Positions 35,481-50,307 are shown, numbered from the stretch's first letter. The stretch: 64,000 bases of DNA from Octopus bimaculoides (GCF_001194135.2 NC_068990.1:79672821-79736820); one strand, 5' to 3'. Translations and numbers: made by a program. Notes: generated by a model from the sequence alone, not told the origin.

Positions 35481-37229
35481 TGGCATTTTTCTGTTGGTTT
35501 AGTTTTCGTTTTTTTTTTTTAAGAAGTCTGCTCTTCTTCACTAGTCAGAGTTTTACAAGCTAACGTTGAAAAAATAGCGGTAGTTTATCCTAAAAGAAAC
35601 ATCCAATACATTTTTTAAATAATGAACCGTTCCTCTGATGCCTCTAAATATGGATATATAGTTGTATATTGGAGTTGAGGCTTCTTCATGCAAGAGTGTC
35701 TCGAAGGGGCCCGCCCTGATATCGAGGCCCACCCGCCGTGGTAGGAGGGCGCGGTCAGGGGCACCCGAAACAACTACACCTTTTACTCCCCCTTATAAAT
35801 CCGGCTATGTGTTGTGTGTATGTTAATGTATCTCTCTGAGTGTACGTGTGTACGTATGGGCAACCGGAAATTTCTGGCATTAGCTGTTAAAGTTGGTATA
35901 TTAATAACCCAGTATATAGTCATCGCTTTACTTTTGTTTAGGGTAATTATGAATTCTTTATATCGCAAGGATTCATTCAAGAAACTCGTTTGTAATCTCT
36001 CAAACTCCCAGCCTAATTATATACCTTTACATCTCTATTAACTGAATATTTCATTGTTCACATTCAAGACTAATGTTGTAGAATTACAGACAATTCATCA
36101 GAGCAATTTCCAACATTAAATTAGCTCCTTAGTCTCCTCTTTTCTTTCTATTGAGATTAACAATCTCCTCCACTGAAGTCTTGCTTTTTGTAGTAATTAT
36201 AACCAGGACCAACCATTGGTTCAAAATCTGTCACGTGGCTAAAAACACACCAACCCATCATACCATCTCTCTTACTATCCATCTCGCTCCCGTCTATCGA
36301 AAATAAAGTATTACGTCAACAGTTTTTTTTCTTTCTAAACGTCTCACTAACATTATCGATTATTGATATAGAATTGATTTTCTTTGAAACCGAAGAAAAG
36401 GAGAGGCAAAAATGGAGAAAAAATATCAATACATTGAATAGTCTTTATTAATTATTGGAATTATGCGTAACAACTCTTGCTTGTTTGTCTCGTTTGTGTT
36501 ATTTAATTTTCTTTTTTCATTTCGGCAATGGCTTTGTTCTGTGGCATTGAAAAATGAAAGATTTATAGCATTTCTTCTGACATCAAAATAATTACTTTTT
36601 ATAATATGCGAATTCTACGATGCATATTCGTGTATTTGATTCGGTTAATTACGCGGCTCCCATAGTCTTTTGCGGATGGGGGCATCTCGTTGCTTTCGCT
36701 TTTTATATCACATTTCAGCTTTATAACAGCGTCTATTGACTCTCTAAAATTAACCCATACACACATTTTCCCACTTCAAGTATTGTCTTTGACATTTAAA
36801 TTCGGTGCAAATTGCACTGCATTTTATTTTAAAATTACTGATAACCGACCGAATATTTAATTCTAACAAAAACGATCTGTTTCCAAACATGAGTCGCTTA
36901 AGAATTATCTAAATGTTTTCAGTTATGAAAATTTATACAAAACGTTTTACTTCTAAACTCCGACAAAAAAAGGCTAGTTGTTGTGGTTTAGGTCGGGTCA
37001 GCCCTGATAAATCAAAACTTGGAGGTAGAGCATTTCAGTCATAACCTTTCGTTTTCTTTTTCAAGAATTGGGTATGCTATGATACTACATTATCTAATTA
37101 TGCTTTTTAAGACTGTAGGATGTAGTTTGAAGGACATTTGGTTGATACTATCAACAATGGTCTTAGGGGTTTACGACTGTAAGAGTAGAAATAAGCTTGA
37201 GAGTCAGTTGTAATCACACAGAAGGTCTC

Positions 37230-37660
37230 TGTAGAGGTCCCAGTATTGGTCACCCTTTTTTGCCATTCGATATTCAGTGCGTGTCGGAGTATGCTGGTGT
37301 AGCATCCGTCGAGTCGTTCCTGCAAAGATTTTGTCAGGGTCCAAGTTTCAGACTCATAAAGTAGCACACTTTCAACCGTGGCTTTGAAGAACATGATTTT
37401 TTATCTTCTTGCGAGCAACGACTGCCAAATCTTATCTAGTTTGCCTGATGGTATTTCAGGCTTGGACCTTTCTTGTCTCGTGTTCTCTCTCTGCTGAGGA
37501 TGACCATGCACTGAGATATTTGAAGTCTTCGTCTTGTTTTATTCAAATTAAACTGAATTTAATCTCGCAGTCTATTTTTGGTTCTCCATCTCTTGGTTAA
37601 CAAAAAATTTAATTGTTCGATCACACACAATGACGACATAAGCAGATATTTAAAGCTGTA
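37230..37660 (-). mobile_element. RTE-clade LINE, RT C-terminal relic
   Basis: EDFKYL...; FFKATVESVLLYESETWTLTKSLQERLDGCYTSILRHALNIEWQKRVTN. Confidence 0.85.
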
Positions 37661-40599
37661 CTCGCCAATGTGCTACAATTAACAAGTTTCAGAGGCGTTT
37701 TTTCTACTTCCTGTTTCTCTAATTTATACTATATTGACGTCAGTACTTCTGAACTAACAAAATATATACCTCTTTGCCAATCAGGTCGATCGACCTGACT
37801 CATCAATCTCTCATTCTTTCGGCATCTCTACTAAGTTGCACCTTCCTTATACCGTACTAAACAATTTAATTCCACTCCTTCTCCAGAAATGCAATCCTCT
37901 GACATTCTCTCTTCATCCACTTTTTTCATACTAGCAGGCACCAACGTACAGGCGTTCAAATTGAACTCTGAATGCATGAATTTCTTTAGTTTTGGAAGAC
38001 CTGAGGAGATCAGGGTCACAGTTCCTTGTTGATATGTTAAAAAAAAATTCTCACTTTAAAATAAAAATTAATAACATCATTATTATTTTTCATTATCCTT
38101 GTTGTTTACTCTTCTTCTAATAGACAACAGAAGGGCAGTTTCAAGTTATTGGCTATTTACGTTCTGAGTTCATATTATGCCGCATATTTTGTCCCTTTGT
38201 GGTCGATAATACAATTCAGTTATGTACCGTTTGAGATTGAAATAATCAACTGTTTCTATTTCATCAAACTTCTGGCTTTGTATCTATTTTAGAAACAATT
38301 TTAATAACCAACAGAAAGTCGGTGGGTCGGTAGAAGTTTTAGAGAGTCGAACAAAATTCATTCCTTGCAGTTTTCATTTATGTTTTTTTTATGCTCTCAG
38401 TTCAAATCATGCTGAGGTCACCTTCACATTTCACCTCTCCAGAGTCGATAAAATTAAGCACCAGCAAAGTATTGGGATCAATGTTACGTAATCAACTAAC
38501 TCCTTCAAAATTTGTGATCTTGTATCTAAATTAGTAACAATTATTATAGAGACAATTGGGCAATGGATGATAGAGTCAGAAAAAATGTCTTACGGTATTT
38601 AATTAATTACATCTCGTTTTAAATTCAAATCCGCAGGGTCAGCATTGTCATCATTCCGTAGTCGATAAAATATCAGTCAGGTATTGGAGTTGATTTAGAA
38701 GACTATATATCCTTCTGCAAAATGTGTTGCTGTGTGCCTCTGTTAGTGTGTAAGAGCATGTATTAACACACGAGTGATTATGTGACAGAAAAGACGAGTT
38801 TCATATATTGTAATTTCGGCACGTCGCTCCCGCACATATCAAAATTTCAAGTCGGTGCCACATTCGACCTACATTTCTAGCTGGTGGAGAGACTTTTGAA
38901 ATTTAAATTGAGAAAGTAAATAGAGATATTTCTTGGGGTGTGAATTTGATCTTTGATTGGAACGCAGACAACTTCGCGATATGTTTCGGTCTTATTTAGA
39001 AGTCCCTAGCTAAGTATAGTCTTATACGTGACTATCAGATTTGAGGATGATTCAGAGATGTAGTTTATGTGTGAGCATAACTATGATAGTATATTATATT
39101 ACAAGTACTATAATGTAGTACTGAAGTATATCACTGACGTTTAGTGTAGTATCTTAACATATACTATCAAAATTTTTTATACAACAGATAATTTGTAAAT
39201 CCGACTCAGAACTGTTTGCAATGCACCGAAGAAGGCCATAAACATCACAACATCGAATTATCCATGTTTTCAGACTTAAGGTTTCATACTTATTAAAAAA
39301 TCCTTACAATTAAATAGATATGAAGTCTTTAGATATAGTTTTATCAATTGTGCCAGCCACAGCTCTCGTTATTAAAAAACAAACAAACTTTATTTCATGT
39401 ATGATAAAGTCATATTTCAGAAAAAACCCACAAAAAATAAAAAATAACGCATACATAAAACAAAACAAAGTAAACGTGAAAATGTTAAAAAATTCAACAT
39501 TCTAATATTCAATTTACTTTTTCTTTATTCGTTGATTTCGCTTTTCGTTTATCATTTGTTTTCCATTCATTTGATTTTGATATTTTAAAGAACATTTCAA
39601 ATGTGATGGATTTAAAGAGCAAATAAAATTAAATGAAATTAAATAAAATAAACTCGAAAGAATGAATGTCAGTCACTCCAAGAGTAAAACTACAATAAAA
39701 TCATTTCAATTTTGCTATAATTTTCTAGTAATTCGTTAAAAAAACTTTTCTTTCTTATTGAGTTAAACGCAGTCTTTTAGAAGTTAGACACTTCAGTTAA
39801 AAATCGTTAACTTTTATTCATCTAAGACAGGCATGACCAGATGGTTAAAAATTCACTACTAGACAACATGGTTCTGTTATCATTATCTCGGAAGGCCCAA
39901 TACATAACCTTTCCTAGACACTATGCATGCAGTGTCAGATGCGTCGTCTCAAGTTGCATTGATATTATCCACATAAACTGACCTTTGACAAAAAAGATTC
40001 CAAAGCAATTTATTAAAACAGTTTGTTAAAACTAGCCAATCAAATATTGATTGGTTCTAGGTAATCAAATATTATTTTTTTCTGTTTCAAAGTTGGATTC
40101 ATTATAATGAGTGAATCATGAGTGATGTTGAAGGTATTCTAAAAAAATGGATAGAGCATCTCACAGATATAGTGATTACTTTGTGATCACACTGTCAACA
40201 TGTAGAATGTTTCACCATCTTCACAAGATTGGAGAAGCAATATTGATTTCCCCGAACAAGACAAGCCGTATTAGCTTTCCTTGTAACAGTTGATAAGGTT
40301 TTTATTGAATCGTATGCAGACACATATATGTCAAATCTTATCACAAACTCCTAATGCGGATTCAAATCTGGCAGAGGGACTATAGATATGATCTATTGTG
40401 TCAGACATTTGCAAAAGGAATGTATAGAGAAGAGACTTATCTAACGAAAGCTTTTGATATGGTGAGTAGAAATGAGCCGTGGAGAATCATGTAAAATTTG
40501 GGATATTGACTTAAGTTTGTTAATTCGTTTATCCTACTACACACTGGCTTGAAGGTCTCTTCAAATCAAATAGTGCTCTGTAGGAATCACGTGGAAAAT

Positions 40600-41230
40600 A
40601 GTGTCATCTTTATTTTTCATACACTTTGCAGTTGTGAATTTTCGGGCAGTTAAAGACCGTTATCTAAGCATTTTTGTCTGCTATCACACAAGGTAACTCT
40701 TTAATCTGAATCGTTTTAAAAAGCTAAATTAAAGAGGTTTATAACTCTGGTTTGTTGATGATTATGACCTAGTGGCTCATTTAGAAAAAAATATTCAAAA
40801 GATAATGAATCTCTTCTCCAGAGACTTAAACAACCTTCCAGAAAACTAAGGTGATGTTTACACCAGTTCCAGGAGGACCGTATGTGGAACCAAATATACT
40901 TGTTTAAGGGACTGAACTTGATGTAGGAGATTCTTTTGTGTACTCTTGCAGCTCTTTCTCCAGGAATGGCTGCTTAGATTATGAGATCAGTTTGAGGAGT
41001 GAGGAGGCCACAAGTGCGTTCGGTACAATATAGAATCGTGTCTGGTCGACGGGGAGTTGAAACGTTCTGCTAAACTTTACATCAATTGTTGCTTGCGTCA
41101 TTAAGTCCCTTTTCATGTATCGATGGTACCTCAAAATACTTGAAAGGTTTTACCAGAAGTCTCTAAGGCGTGTACTAAACATCACTGACAATCTTATACA
41201 CCTGATACAGAACTTCCGGAAAGGTACGAT
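40600..41230 (+). mobile_element. RTE (BovB-like) LINE, decayed RT region
   Basis: LFNL.R..., FVDDYDLVAHLEKNIQKIM, KTKVMF.P.PG, NGCLDYEIS, ILERFYQKSLRRVLNI in collinear order with breaks. Confidence 0.75.
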
Positions 41231-42730
41231 GTCTTAATAGGGAAGCTTACCTCATCATGTACCATATGCGATGTTTGAACAGAGGCGAATAGCGGTCTAT
41301 TAGTAGAAACAGTAGTGAGGCGTAACGCTCGAAAGCTGTAACCGATTGAGGTCATGTAGGGTAGGGGCTTGATAGATAATCTCTCTCCTGCACAGTTTGT
41401 TGTCGGATTATACTTCAAAAGATGGTTTGGAGATCTATGAAAGATCGTACATAATGAAACAAATACGGGATACCCACAAACCGCTTATATACATACACCC
41501 CCACCTGAGAAGTTGTTTATGCCCGGGTATGTTCTTATTTACCGAATGCACTAGGACAGAGCAGTTGATAAGATTTTTGAAAAATTATTTGCTACATTTA
41601 TCTCTCCATCTCTCACACACACAGACACACGCACGCACACACAGAGTTTCTTCCCACGGATTATAAGACTTGGTTCCCAGGTGTTTAGTATCATGGAAGA
41701 TACCTAACACCCAAGTACCAATTTCAAAATCCTGGCTGTTCCTAATAGAGCAGTGTTTTTGAGCATGCTCTACTATCATGTCAATTCCGATTTTTCCGAT
41801 ATATTTCTCGAACTTGGTTGTTAGTCCTCCGAGTGTCCAATGATAGAATATCACATGACAATATGGAGTTTCGTCATTTCCTGTCTCGTGTGATACTGAG
41901 AAAATTTGATGAGTATTAGGTTAAATGGCAAATGGCTATAATTTATTCGAATTACCGACAAAAGTTATATTATTATATTTTAAACTTGTAAGCATTGTTT
42001 GTCATTGGTTAATGAAGTTAGTTTGGTTATGAATTCTGTGTTCAAAACTCATAAGCCATTTGGCTACTGTACGGTTAATGAAGGACCTGCAATGAAATGG
42101 CTCTGCCGGAAATAGAACCTCAGACACATACTCGATGTGTCTGCAATTTATCAACAATGAGCAGCGCTTGTATACTCATATACACATACGCGCACGCAAA
42201 AAAATCAGTCCCACATTAGCATATAAACAAAATATGCAGTAGAGAATCAAAGATACATACTAACATACAGGTAAACTACACAGATTGATACATATTGCAT
42301 GACGTTTACTCAGATGTCGTTGTTTATTTTCATTAATTATCATATCTTGTCAGTTTTCATGAATAAAATTTTAATTCCGACTATTTAAAAAAATCTGAAC
42401 AGCAAAATATTAAAATATTCTTACAAAATAATTTAGAAATGATATTGGAAATTAAAATAATCTGAAATTAATAACAAATATACCATAAGTGGCTTTTCTT
42501 GTTGGCAGAAATCGGTAGACTTAACATTAAAACTATTTCTACTTTGGATATTATTTTGACGGTATTAAGTTGTTTATTGATAAAACACTCTAGTTGTTGT
42601 TGTGGTTGCTGCTGCCGCCGCATTGTCGCCATCGTCGTATCATTGTCATATTTACGTTTTCTTTGGAATGAGTAACTTTGTTCAAAAATAGAGTAACCAT
42701 GATAATGATGATGGTGATGATGACGCTGAC

Positions 42731-42741
42731 ACATACATACA

Positions 42742-42772
<31 letters not shown>
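42731..42772. repeat. (CATA)n microsatellite
   Basis: Direct reading. Confidence 0.9.
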
Positions 42773-42986
42773 GCATAAATATGTATGTGTTTGTGTATGT
42801 GTGTGCATGTGTGTTAAATTGAAATTATTATTTTGAAGCTAATTTAAAAACAACTGAACATTTACTGATGGGAAGAGGGGATTGACTCAATACTGAGAAA
42901 AGAGTCAAATTTATTGTAAATTTCGTGTCAACATGAATTTTCACAACACACATTGCACACAGACATTACACACACAAACACGCACG

Positions 42987-43025
<39 letters not shown>

Positions 43026-44149
43026 NNNNNNNNNNNNNNNNNNNNNNNNNNNNNNNNNNNNNNNNNNNNNNNNNNNNNNNNNNNNNNNNNNNNNNNNNNN
43101 NNNNNNNNNNNNNNNNNNNNNNNNNNNNNNNNNNNNNNNNNNNNNNNNNNNNNNNNNNNNNNNNNNNNNNNNNNNNNNNNNNNNNNNNNNNNNNNNNNNN
43201 NNNNNNNNNNNNNNNNNNNNNNNNNNNNNNNNNNNNNNNNNNNNNNNNNNNNNNNNNNNNNNNNNNNNNNNNNNNNNNNNNNNNNNNNNNNNNNNNNNNN
43301 NNNNNNNNNNNNNNNNNNNNNNNNNNNNNNNNNNNNNNNNNNNNNNNNNNNNNNNNNNNNNNNNNNNNNNNNNNNNNNNNNNNNNNNNNNNNNNNNNNNN
43401 NNNNNNNNNNNNNNNNNNNNNNNNNNNNNNNNNNNNNNNNNNNNNNNNNNNNNNNNNNNNNNNNNNNNNNNNNNNNNNNNNNNNNNNNNNNNNNNNNNNN
43501 NNNNNNNNNNNNNNNNNNNNNNNNNNNNNNNNNNNNNNNNNNNNNNNNNNNNNNNNNNNNNNNNNNNNNNNNNNNNNNNNNNNNNNNNNNNNNNNNNNNN
43601 NNNNNNTATATATATATATATATTGTATTTCGGGATTTGTGGAAGGAATATTTAGTAATTGCAAAAGTAAGAAACCGAACGCAGATCACTATATTCGATG
43701 CAAAGAAGAACAACTAAAGAACACGATCGTGATTAGATAAAGTATTACGAACATCATCTAAAACTCTGACCATTGAAGACTTCATATGAAACCGGATCTA
43801 ATAACGATTTCATATTTTGTGCGCTTTTTCTGATCAAGACCATCAATGTATATTCAGCGCATTTTAGCCATCACAGGCAGACAGCTGAAAGCAGACGGAC
43901 ATTATACACGGCAGTTAGCGGACAGTAGCAGAACCAGCAGCAGGCAAGATTGCTGTTACAACAGGAAAAACATTGGACAACGGCGGTAGCAATACACCAC
44001 GAGCAACTAACACCAAGAAACTCACGACCGCGACTATTGCCAGTAGTCCAAGAACAATAACCTTCGAACTAACTCGGTGTTTGTCGTTGGTAGTCACGAC
44101 AACATTTCTGTTTATAATAAAAATAAAAATTTTTATTTTATTAAAAATT

Positions 44150-44606
44150 TCAAATTCCAGTGTTCTTTACTCAATCTCTCTTCTCTTTGAAAGCATCTCA
44201 TACAATTACTCGTTTTAATGAAGAAAACATTTTTCACAAGAAGCAAATTTGGCAGATATGGTCAGAATCATGCGTAGTAATTTTGTTACTTCTGCCAGAG
44301 CTTGGTTTAGTTCAATTTTCCGTTTTATATCTGCAACTTCTTGTATATTTGACGCTTGATTTGCAAAATCAGCGGAATAAACTGATTTCAGTTCGCATTT
44401 CAATCCATCTAAATCCAATGTTTTTATAGTCATCCAAAGATGAAAACACTACTATCGAAAATTATTTTCGGAAACGTGAAAAGGATTAGGATTCACGAAT
44501 TCAATAAATCTGAACTCACCGTTTGTTTTAAATTTTTGTTCAACGTAAACAATAACCTCATGCAGAATGTTGTTAAACAAAGTTCTTAAAACAGCTTCAT
44601 CTTCTT
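44150..44606 (-). mobile_element. hAT transposase C-terminal (dimerisation domain) relic
   Basis: ELKSVYSADF...LNQALAEVTKLLRMILTISAKFASCEK then FSSLKRV, matching the hATC 'LILTIP.TSASCERSFS.LKR' pattern; continues into the gap. Confidence 0.7.
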
Positions 44607-45749
44607 NNNNNNNNNNNNNNNNNNNNNNNNNNNNNNNNNNNNNNNNNNNNNNNNNNNNNNNNNNNNNNNNNNNNNNNNNNNNNNNNNNNNNNNNNNNNNN
44701 NNNNNNNNNNNNNNNNNNNNNNNNNNNNNNNNNNNNNNNNNNNNNNNNNNNNNNNNNNNNNNNNNNNNNNNNNNNNNNNNNNNNNNNNNNNNNNNNNNNN
44801 NNNNNNNNNNNNNNNNNNNNNNNNNNNNNNNNNNNNNNNNNNNNNNNNNNNNNNNNNNNNNNNNNNNNNNNNNNNNNNNNNNNNNNNNNNNNNNNNNNNN
44901 NNNNNNNNNNNNNNNNNNNNNNNNNNNNNNNNNNNNNNNNNNNNNNNNNNNNNNNNNNNNNNNNNNNNNNNNNNNNNNNNNNNNNNNNNNNNNNNNNNNN
45001 NNNNNNNNNNNNNNNNNNNNNNNNNNNNNNNNNNNNNNNNNNNNNNNNNNNNNNNNNNNNNNNNNNNNNNNNNNNNNNNNNNNNNNNNNNNNNNNNNNNN
45101 NNNNNNNNNNNNNNNNNNNNNNNNNNNNNNNNNNNNNNNNNNNNNNNNNNNNNNNNNNNNNNNNNNNNNNNNNNNNNNNNNNNNNNNNNATATATATATA
45201 TATAGGTGTCTATATAAGTGCTCTGTTGTGAACAAGTTTAACCGTCTTTAAACTCCTGAACTACATACAAATGTATACCTTTAATACTCTGGCACATTTT
45301 AGCTGTAAATTATTTCATTGTTAACACAATAATGAAGAAATTACGAAGAAATTTAATTATACCTTTTATTTTACTCTAACTTATCAGACATTGTATAAAA
45401 ATGTTAAATTACACTTTTATTTTATTGAAATTAGATTATTTATTGCTTTTGTCTTTTTGAATATAATAGAATGTAAAATTTTATGCTTTTAAAAAACAAT
45501 TTATTTTCCTTTAGAGCTGGTTGTTATTTAATAGTTTGTAAATAGTTTGAGCAAACTTACTAGTGTTTTATACTTGTCCAGTTTTGTGTTAGAAATAATG
45601 AATGGTACGTATTTTCTTTTTTAATAAGTCAGAAAACAGAGAAGGTAAAGTCAATACACACGGCGTTTGATGGCATTACTAGATCGACGAGTTGATGTTC
45701 AGTTTCAGTATCTGTAGGTTCGATGTAAGGTAAAGAAGGATTGGGAGAA

Positions 45750-46430
45750 TCTAAGAGGCGAGTCTTAGTAGGAGTAAAAGGAAGCTGAAAAAGGTGCTGG
45801 CCAAGTGTATTTCGGTGTATTTGTGTGTTGACAGCTGGTTCAGAGGAGCCAAGCTCGCTGCAGAAATGATATAAGTGAATGAGAGGAAACAGTGTATCTG
45901 TGAACTAATTGTTGTAGCTAGAATTTTTGTGGGTGTAGCAGCAGTACCATTCCATCTATATGAGCAATATTGTATCATTATTATCATTACCTGTTCGGGT
46001 AATACAGTATATCGTCTGTGTTTTCGATTCGCACAATAAAATGGGTAATACTTTTACTCTGCATACTTTGCTCTTCATTTGGACCAACACGTGATTGTTG
46101 TTCTACACTCAATTTCTCAACCTTCAGAATGCCGAGGTGTTTTCGTCTCCTTGCCTTTCAGTTAGGCATTGGAGCTGTTATCATTAATGATTTTGCAACT
46201 CAGATACATAAAGTGGTTTGCCACTTCCAATCCCTGCTCTTCATTAAAGATCTACTCAGGTTGTGCTATTAAACTTATATCAGGACTTGGTTGATTGATA
46301 ATTTCAGTCTTCTGGATGTTAATTTTGAAATCGAACGTTGACACCATTTCATCAAAAGTATCCTCCAAGCTCTGCATATCCCCTGTGCGATAGAAAACAC
46401 CGACAATCAGCAAATAACATGTCTTACTAA
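45750..46430 (-). mobile_element. RTE (BovB-like) LINE, decayed RT region
   Basis: DMLFAD...DMQSLEDTF...FKINIQKTEIINQPSP...F.YL motifs. Confidence 0.7.
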
Positions 46431-46998
46431 CGTGTTTTATCTTAGTTTTCCATGAGAAGATGGTAACACCTTCAAGAGGTTAGTATTGGAACTTGCTCAT
46501 ACAATACATACACACATATACACGCACGCGCACTTACACACACACACCTACACACACAGACACACAGACACAAACTCAAACACACACAGCATCGATCTAC
46601 TTTCGGAATGCTTGTTTGTGCATCATTGACAAATTAAGTGAAAGTAGCAGAAATTAAAGCTTAGCCCTACATGAAACCTTTATAACTGTTGATGTGTTCG
46701 TTTACAATTTAAGATCACATTTAATGTTTCTCTATCAGTGTCCATATTTAAAAAAAAAAAAAATTGAAATAAGATATGCGGAGAAAAATGAAATTAGTCA
46801 AGATGTAAATATTCCCAAGTGTTAAAGAGCGAAAGCATTCAATATTGAAAATGTTTGTAAGCCAGTATCAATAATTTATATCTATCGACGCAGGTGCATA
46901 TGTCCCACTTCACATTAAAGACAAGAATTTTAATGCCTTTAGGTTATTATATTTTGATGAATATTGCAGTTACCATCACTGCCCGTGGTTTAACATAG

Positions 46999-46999
<1 letters not shown>

Positions 47000-47068
<69 letters not shown>

Positions 47069-47145
47069 NNNNNNNNNNGAACACACAAACACACACACAC
47101 ACACACACAAACACACAAACACACAAACACACACACACACACACA
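47000..47145. repeat. (CA)n microsatellite with gap
   Basis: Direct reading. Confidence 0.9.
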
Positions 47146-47184
47146 TCATTTGAAAGTCAAAGAGAATTGTGGTTGTCTAACATC

Positions 47185-47217
<33 letters not shown>

Positions 47218-48244
47218 AAGGTTCTCGACCTCTGAAGTAGTCAGTGCAAGAATCGGTGTATGTATTATTAATGGAAGCCAAATAATTTACCAGCAATGGG
47301 TAGAAGCTTTGGCAAGGGACATCTGAAAAAAAACTAATTGTTACATGCGAAATCATTCTGAACAATAGTCATAGAACAATGACCACCCCATCCCACCACT
47401 AGCATCAGCACCCAGAATGCTAACTACTTATATCATCATTACCTTTACTACCGCCTCCACCTTTAGTACCACCACACTTTCGTCACTAACCTGGCACCAT
47501 AACCTCTGCTATCACAAGAGGCCTTTGTACAGTCGATCGACAAGTTAACAGTCAAATCAAAGATAACAGTCAAATCACCCCCAGATTACACTACCGCCTT
47601 TAAAAGTGACATGATGGAGAATCTATTCCCGTATAAACAAATTACCGGGATGGTAGCGGCTAAAATGTTCTAATAACTTATAAATCTGTTCTACTTTCAC
47701 CACTACGTCAATACCTTCAAGTAACACTACTACTATTGAAGTTTTGTAACCAAATGCAAACAATGGACCCTATCAAAAGCTTTTTATTCATCTAAACGGA
47801 TCACAACTTGATTTGGCAAGGGCTGTGATATTGAGAAAAAAAAAACCCTCTAAGAAAATCAGGTAAAGTACAAGTAGATAAATTTGAGAAGTTTAAGAAT
47901 TATATCTAATTCCACCCCTGTTTTACGACGTAAAATTATCTCCAGAATGACTCTCGAAATTTCACGCGTCCGTACAGTTCAATAACTCTACAGTAGTTAT
48001 GCCAAACTCTTTGCTAGCACCTTAACAAAGAAATTAGGTGTGTAGTGAATTGATATTTAATTTCTTTTTTTAGCAGTGAGTAAACTATGAATGAATGCTA
48101 AACATGTTTACATTTTTTGCTTGAAAACAGTGTTTTTGTGGAGATATACAAAACCAACGTGAAAGCGATTAAAAAGTGACTCCTTTTTTTCAACTGCTTT
48201 CACATTGGCTTTGTATGTCGGTACAATAACACTCCGTTAAAAGA

Positions 48245-48245
<1 letters not shown>

Positions 48246-48300
<55 letters not shown>
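48246..48300. repeat. (AAT)n microsatellite
   Basis: Direct reading. Confidence 0.95.
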
Positions 48301-48301
<1 letters not shown>

Positions 48302-48515
48302 CAGTTAATAAATATGAACGATAAATTCTGTAAAAAACATCACTTGTTCGAATCCATTCTTAGCCATACGATATCTCTCTTGTAATCGTTCTTTTGAAAA
48401 AAATCTCAACTGGTTTTACGTGAATCAAAGAAATGAGCGATCAAAATGAACACTACAGCTCACAATAGTATAGGAATATACAAGGTATATGTATGAGGGG
48501 AAAGAAAAGATGAAG

Positions 48516-48519
<4 letters not shown>

Positions 48520-48565
<46 letters not shown>

Positions 48566-48665
48566 GGAGTGAGAGAGGGAGTGAATGAGTGAATGAGAAA
48601 GGGAGAGAGAGAGAGAGAGAGAGAGAGGGAGCGAGAGAGAGAGGGGGGAGAGAGATTGAGGGAGA
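48520..48665. repeat. (GA)n-rich polypurine tract
   Basis: Direct reading. Confidence 0.9.
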
Positions 48666-50307
48666 GAAGATCTGGAGAAATAAGCAAAGAAAGTAAGCAG
48701 AAAATCAAAAGAAGTAACATGAAGACATGCATGATAGCAGAAAAGGACATCTGAAAGAAGATAAAGAAAGAAAACAGAACAAGAAATCACGAAACGACCA
48801 TTTATAACTGTTGGGAATTCTAGCAGACATGTTAATTTTCTTAAATCGACTTTTCTCTGATTTATGTTGTGACTATCTTACATTCTGCGTTTAATTATTT
48901 CTTTTATTTACAGTATTGGATGATGATGACATCTACACTCGTATGTCACATCAACATTTTCTGTCACATGTCGGAACAAAATGCTCGATAAGTGGTTCAT
49001 ATTTCGGGCATATTTTTTGGGTAGATTTGAATTGTATGTTTATTGTTTTTCGAAGAAATGTGATACATTTCCAGTCGGATTTTGATAAGGAACTAAAAAG
49101 CTTTACTATTTCGTTTATTCATTAAGTATTTTGTTCTATATCGCTTGTGTTTGGATTGCTTGGATAAACTTCTATGGGTGAGGTGATTTAGTGGTCACTA
49201 CTGTAACAGATTTTTGCTAGTCTGTTGATGTTTATATATTTATCCAATTTACTTTGAGGTAGAATTTGTTGAAAATATCTATTGTTGTGGAAAATTCCAG
49301 CTGATGTTGCAGATTTTAATGTCAATACTCTACAGTTCATTATAGTATTTCAAATGTTTATATTAGTATTAGCACTGCAGATACAAATATTGTTTTATTG
49401 TAAGAGAGAAATACCGCCTACCATATTTTGTTAAGTTTGATATAATACACTTTGGTTACTCTGAATATGTTAACATCATTCTATGATACATTTTCAACAG
49501 TACTAAGATATTTATAGCATTCATTGCATGGAATAGGAGAGACAGAGCGAATTAGATATTTTCGGTTGGGAAAGCAATTTTTGCTATTTCTATTATTAGC
49601 TATGAACATTTTTCTTGGACACATTTCATTCCTCTATCAGCTGCAAATGTTTACTAAATCTGGTTGTCTTCGAGCACTTGGGGCATTTCTATCATAAGTT
49701 TTAGGTCATCAATAAATCAATTATGGGTTGTGTGGTTCTTTCTTACCCAACATAAATATTGGCTTTTGCCAAAATAAACAGTATCACAGAAATACTGTCT
49801 CACTGGAATATTCCTTTTGAAAGATTTACAATTGTAGAGAAAGAATTGCTGCTTTTAATTCATTAGCAGCAACTAGAATAGAATTGCACTTTAATCAGGT
49901 GTAGTGATTTTTTAGGGTAGTATAAAGCATATTTACTGCCGACTTTTTATTGGTCCATATAACTTCACGTCTGAGCCTAAACCTTCCACATGAGTAAGCA
50001 GAAAGCACTATCTTAGGAGAGATACTCAATGTTTTACAATCAAGCTACACTATTACTGTTTCTACGTCGTTTTGCTATTTTAGACTAAACAGATGTAGTT
50101 TTTGGTACTGCCTCCAGTTACTATATTAATGGATACACAATAGCCTTACATGAATTAGTATAAATAGCATATGGAGTCCTTGTACATAGTGTTTAGCCCA
50201 ATAATTGGACTATAATTTTCCATCAAGTAAGTCTTTTTTATTCTTGGACAAGAATTATGTTCGTGCAAGAGCAATATCAATTTTGATATCTGTAGTCTTT
50301 TTAAATA

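Noticed and set aside
37781-37798. Perfect 18-bp palindrome TCAGGTCGATCGACCTGA
   Set aside because: A rough estimate gives an expectation on the order of one such palindrome by chance in 64 kb; no context supports function
43915-44110. Hydrophobic minus-strand ORF with an apparent splice acceptor (possible TM exon)
   Set aside because: The plus strand looks like decayed (CAA/CAG)n sequence and the 'acceptor' is the AT-rich flank of the hAT relic
48914-49125. Candidate exon after a good acceptor (TTTTATTTACAG) encoding LDDDDIYTRM...
   Set aside because: No recognisable domain, no clear donor and no partner exons; needs RNA-seq
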